NCBI GenBank assembly: GCA_964645205.1
Contig: CAZYBO010000005.1
Coordinates: 69,789-133,788 of the forward strand
Reading direction: 5' to 3'
Length of the DNA: 64,000 bases
DNA from: an uncultured Rickettsiales bacterium
GTDB taxonomy: Bacteria > Pseudomonadota > Alphaproteobacteria > Rickettsiales > SXRF01
Positions 61,141 through 64,000 of this stretch are shown one piece after another. The notes under the pieces were generated by a model that had not been told where the DNA came from, ran no database searches, and was given only the letters and a program-made list of their open reading frames with translations. The first letter of the stretch is position 1. The number at the start of each line of letters is the position of its first letter. The position numbers and the translations under genes were made by a program.

Positions 61141-62116
61141 GCAGCCGCTTCACTTCCTGCGCCACGCGCGCCATTTCGTCGCTGGGCGGATAACTCCACG
61201 GCTCCAGCGGAATGCCTAGCGGCTTAGCGATACCGTCGCGCAGCAGGCGGTTGGAAAAGCGTACGGGCTTGGTTCCCGAATGCCCGGGCAACGGCAGCAG
61301 GAAAATCGGTTTGCCGGTGGCGTGCGCCTCGCTCATCATATTAACTGAATCATTACTCACCACAATGTAATCCGCGAGCGAAAGCAGGCCGAGATACGGA
61401 TTTTCCTCGTGCCCGTAATAGATATACACGCGCGGATTCACGGCGAACGCCCCCGCCAGCGCCGCGATATTCATGTCACCCGTGCGTCGCGAGGGCGTGA
61501 TAAGCAACGAACAGTCGCTCTGCTCAAGCATCGTCTCCAGCGCGTGCGTCACCGCCTTCATGCCTTCCAGCGTGAGTTTGTATTTGTTGGTGGTGCCGCC
61601 GAGAAGCACCGCCACGTACGGCCTCGGGAATTTCGCAAACCGCGCCTTGAAACGCTCGCCCGCCTCCGCCAGCGTCTCAGCCGTAATTGAATGCAGCGCG
61701 TAGCGCGTCTTGATGACGTTGCGGCCTTCGATAGTGTCGTGTGTCATCGCCACGATCACGTCGAAATTCCTGGGATCGACCATCGGATCCTGAATATGGA
61801 TAAAGCGCGGCGGGTGACGCGTGTTCGCCCTCGTGATATGCGCCTTCAGCCCCATCGCCACAATCGCCGCGCGCCTGCCGCAGGTGATAATCAACTCCGG
61901 CCACGGTGCGCATAGCGTGTCGCTGGCGGCATTATCCACCAGCGCGGGGAAAATATACGGCTTTAAAAACAGCGCATGAAACCCGTTCGGCAACCACACA
62001 TAGGGCGTGCGTATCTTCACCGTTTTCATGTCCGCTTCCACGCCAAGCGCAAGCGCAAGCGACTTGACCTGCGCGGCCATGCCTGCGCTGCCGTCGGTGA
62101 TTCCCCACGCACGCAT
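61127..62116 (-). CDS. ELM1-family (GT-B-like) protein
   Basis: ITDGSAGM..Q, PELIITCGRR, IHIQDP, AVLLGG, TPSRRT, NPYLGLL, DSVNMMSEA. Confidence 0.85.
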   Translation of the reverse strand: MRAWGITDGSAGMAAQVKSLALALGVEADMKTVKIRTPYVWLPNGFHALFLKPYIFPALVDNAASDTLCAPWPELIITCGRRAAIVAMGLKAHITRANTRHPPRFIHIQDPMVDPRNFDVIVAMTHDTIEGRNVIKTRYALHSITAETLAEAGERFKARFAKFPRPYVAVLLGGTTNKYKLTLEGMKAVTHALETMLEQSDCSLLITPSRRTGDMNIAALAGAFAVNPRVYIYYGHEENPYLGLLSLADYIVVSNDSVNMMSEAHATGKPIFLLPLPGHSGTKPVRFSNRLLRDGIAKPLGIPLEPWSYPPSDEMARVAQEVKRLLMPS

Positions 62117-62812
62117 TTACATCAGCCCCTTCGACTTGAAGGAAAAATGTTTCTTCGCCCCGACGATGACATGGTCGTGCACTTCGATATTGAGTGCGCG
62201 CGCGGCCTCTACGATCTGGCGGGTGATGTCGATGTCGGCCTTGCTCGGGTTTACGTCGCCGCTGGGATGGTTGTGCACGAGGATGATGCTGGCCGCGCCA
62301 AGTTCCAGCGCGCGCTTGACCACCTCGCGCGGGTAGACCGGCGTGTGATCGACCGTACCGCGCTGCTGGCGTTCGTCGGCGAGAAGCTCCAGCTTGTTGT
62401 TGAGGAACAGCACGTGAAATTCCTCGTGCATGTTGTGGCCGATATGCAGGCGGCAATAATCGAGCAGTTGCGTCCAGCTTTTCACCACGGCGCGTGACGC
62501 CACTTCCTCGCGCAGCATGCGCTCGGCAGCGGATTTCACCACCTTGATCGCTACAATAGCCGCCTCGTTCACGCCTTCGACTTTTTTCAGCTCCGCACGC
62601 TCGGCAAGCATAACTTTTCCGAAACTGCCGAAATGCGCGATCAGATCCTTAGCCATCGGCTTCACGTCGCCCAGCGGACTGGCCGGAAACAAGATCATCT
62701 CCAGCAGTTCATAATCCGCCAGCGCTTCCGCACCGTGCTGCAGGAAACGCTCGCGCAGCCGCTTGCGGTGGCCGGTAGTATGGCGTTTTTCGAGCTGCAG
62801 CTCAACGGTCAT
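62117..62812 (-). CDS. radC: RadC-family JAB domain protein
   Basis: GHRKRLRERF, DYELLE, YPREV, HNHPSGD..PSKAD, VHDHVIV. Confidence 0.95.
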   Translation of the reverse strand: MTVELQLEKRHTTGHRKRLRERFLQHGAEALADYELLEMILFPASPLGDVKPMAKDLIAHFGSFGKVMLAERAELKKVEGVNEAAIVAIKVVKSAAERMLREEVASRAVVKSWTQLLDYCRLHIGHNMHEEFHVLFLNNKLELLADERQQRGTVDHTPVYPREVVKRALELGAASIILVHNHPSGDVNPSKADIDITRQIVEAARALNIEVHDHVIVGAKKHFSFKSKGLM

Positions 62813-63965
62813 GCGCCGCCTTCCTCCACGCGAGCGCGGACGCGAGCAGCATCATGCCGCCGACGAAGCACAGCAGGTAGCTGGCGTAATAAAACCGTTC
62901 GTCGCGCTGCGCGAACAGGATCGTTTTCACCGCCACATGCAGCCACGCCACCGCGATGAGTCCGACCGGCAGGATGGCATGGCGGCGTGAAGTAAAGTAA
63001 TGCGCGGCCAGTACCAGCGCCGTCCATGCGAGCATGATCCACATCATCGGCGCCCGTACCACGAAATCGATCGCGCCCCTCATATGATGCAGATACTGAT
63101 CCATCGTAATCGCCCCGGTGAGTTGCGCCGGATATTGCGCTTTGTTTATCAGCGCATATTCCATAAAAATTTTCCAGCCATAAAAACCGGTAAGATGCGA
63201 CACCCATGCGTTCATCCCAAACAGGAACACCGCCGTAATCAGCGCATGTCGCCAAGGAAGCCGGAAATCCTCATGCAGCGCCGCCGAGGAACAGAACGCC
63301 ACCATGCACATCACCGGTATCATATCGGGACGCGACAACGCGGTGAGCGCGGCGAACGCATACCATAACCCGATCGAACGCCACACCATCAGCGCGTAGA
63401 TGCCCGCCATCATCAGCAGCGTGGAGATCATGTCGGGCGTGGAAAGCCGCGCCATGTAGACCGTATCGAGCGGCATATAAAACAGGAAGCCCGCGCAGGC
63501 CAGCCACCACGCGCCCCGGTGCAGCGCAGGCGATGGCGCAACCCAAAGCAACGCCGCCAGCAGCGCGAGCGAAGCCAGCGACACCAGCCACGTCGCCTTC
63601 GCCGTGGGCACGCCGGACGCATGCAGCGCATAGGCCGCGCCGACATAAAACGGCTTCACCGTGTAAAAAGGTAGGTTCTGCCGCAGCGCTTCGCTGTTGT
63701 TCCACAGCTTGCGCGTTTCCATGCGCTCCTGAAACGCTTCGTATTGCTTGGGAGAGACTTCTTTTTTGATCTCCTCCATAGTGCGCGCGTACCACTTTTC
63801 CTGATTCGGCTCCTCAAGCGCGAGCATCGCTCCCACATAGGGGATCATATCGTAATTATGGTAGGGATTCTGGTAGACCGTCCACAGTGCCTTGGCGCAG
63901 AGGATGAAATAGAGCGCCGCGCACAGCGCAAGCACGATACGGCTTGAGACGGTTTGTTCACGCAT
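62802..63965 (-). CDS. Polytopic membrane protein (possible GT-C glycosyltransferase)
   Basis: Many hydrophobic helices with an N-terminal periplasmic loop (YDMIPYVG) and SRPD motif. Family call is tentative. Confidence 0.55.
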   Translation of the reverse strand: MREQTVSSRIVLALCAALYFILCAKALWTVYQNPYHNYDMIPYVGAMLALEEPNQEKWYARTMEEIKKEVSPKQYEAFQERMETRKLWNNSEALRQNLPFYTVKPFYVGAAYALHASGVPTAKATWLVSLASLALLAALLWVAPSPALHRGAWWLACAGFLFYMPLDTVYMARLSTPDMISTLLMMAGIYALMVWRSIGLWYAFAALTALSRPDMIPVMCMVAFCSSAALHEDFRLPWRHALITAVFLFGMNAWVSHLTGFYGWKIFMEYALINKAQYPAQLTGAITMDQYLHHMRGAIDFVVRAPMMWIMLAWTALVLAAHYFTSRRHAILPVGLIAVAWLHVAVKTILFAQRDERFYYASYLLCFVGGMMLLASALAWRKAAHDR

Positions 63966-64000
63966 AGGGCGGATGGAGCTTTCCTGTAGGCGATGCGGTA

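Noticed and set aside
62117-62812. RadC/JAB as part of a CBASS-like defence system
   Set aside because: It is a full-length chromosomal RadC with its N-terminal HhH region, and no cyclase, E1/E2 or effector genes are adjacent.

Overview
Chromosomal segment of a GC-rich alphaproteobacterium. A 326-aa PdhB without a lipoyl domain, ankyrin and effector-like ORFs, and coding palindromes suggest a deep-branching Rickettsiales-like lineage (inference). Core genes: acs, a PTS-Ntr cluster (npr, EIIA, rapZ, hprK, ptsN, hpf), rpoN-lptBAC-kdsD-rnd, a TolC/MacAB-type exporter, gltD/gltB, queG, grxC, a fragmented pdhA-pdhB-pdhC-lpdA operon, ftsB, eno, kdsA, pyrG, secG, tpiA, ppiD, trpEGDC and radC. A decayed mobilisable island lies at tRNA-Leu(CAG), with an integrase remnant, truncated coupling protein, MobA/MobL relaxase with oriT, AlpA and VapBC. 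The main candidate for an undescribed system is three divergent ~100-aa GIY-YIG nuclease genes, each inserted in a housekeeping operon (pdhA-pdhB, pyrG-kdsA, trpD-trpC). Each is bracketed by its own inverted pair of YGTC-tagged hairpins, which show compensatory base changes and GNA/GAAA mini-hairpin loops. Gene-less dimers of two of these hairpin types occur elsewhere in the window, one translated in frame inside queG. The layout parallels RAYT/REP/REPIN systems, with GIY-YIG in place of the HUH transposase. Further in-frame palindromes occur in gltB and acs. No database searches could be run, so family calls rest on motif recognition.
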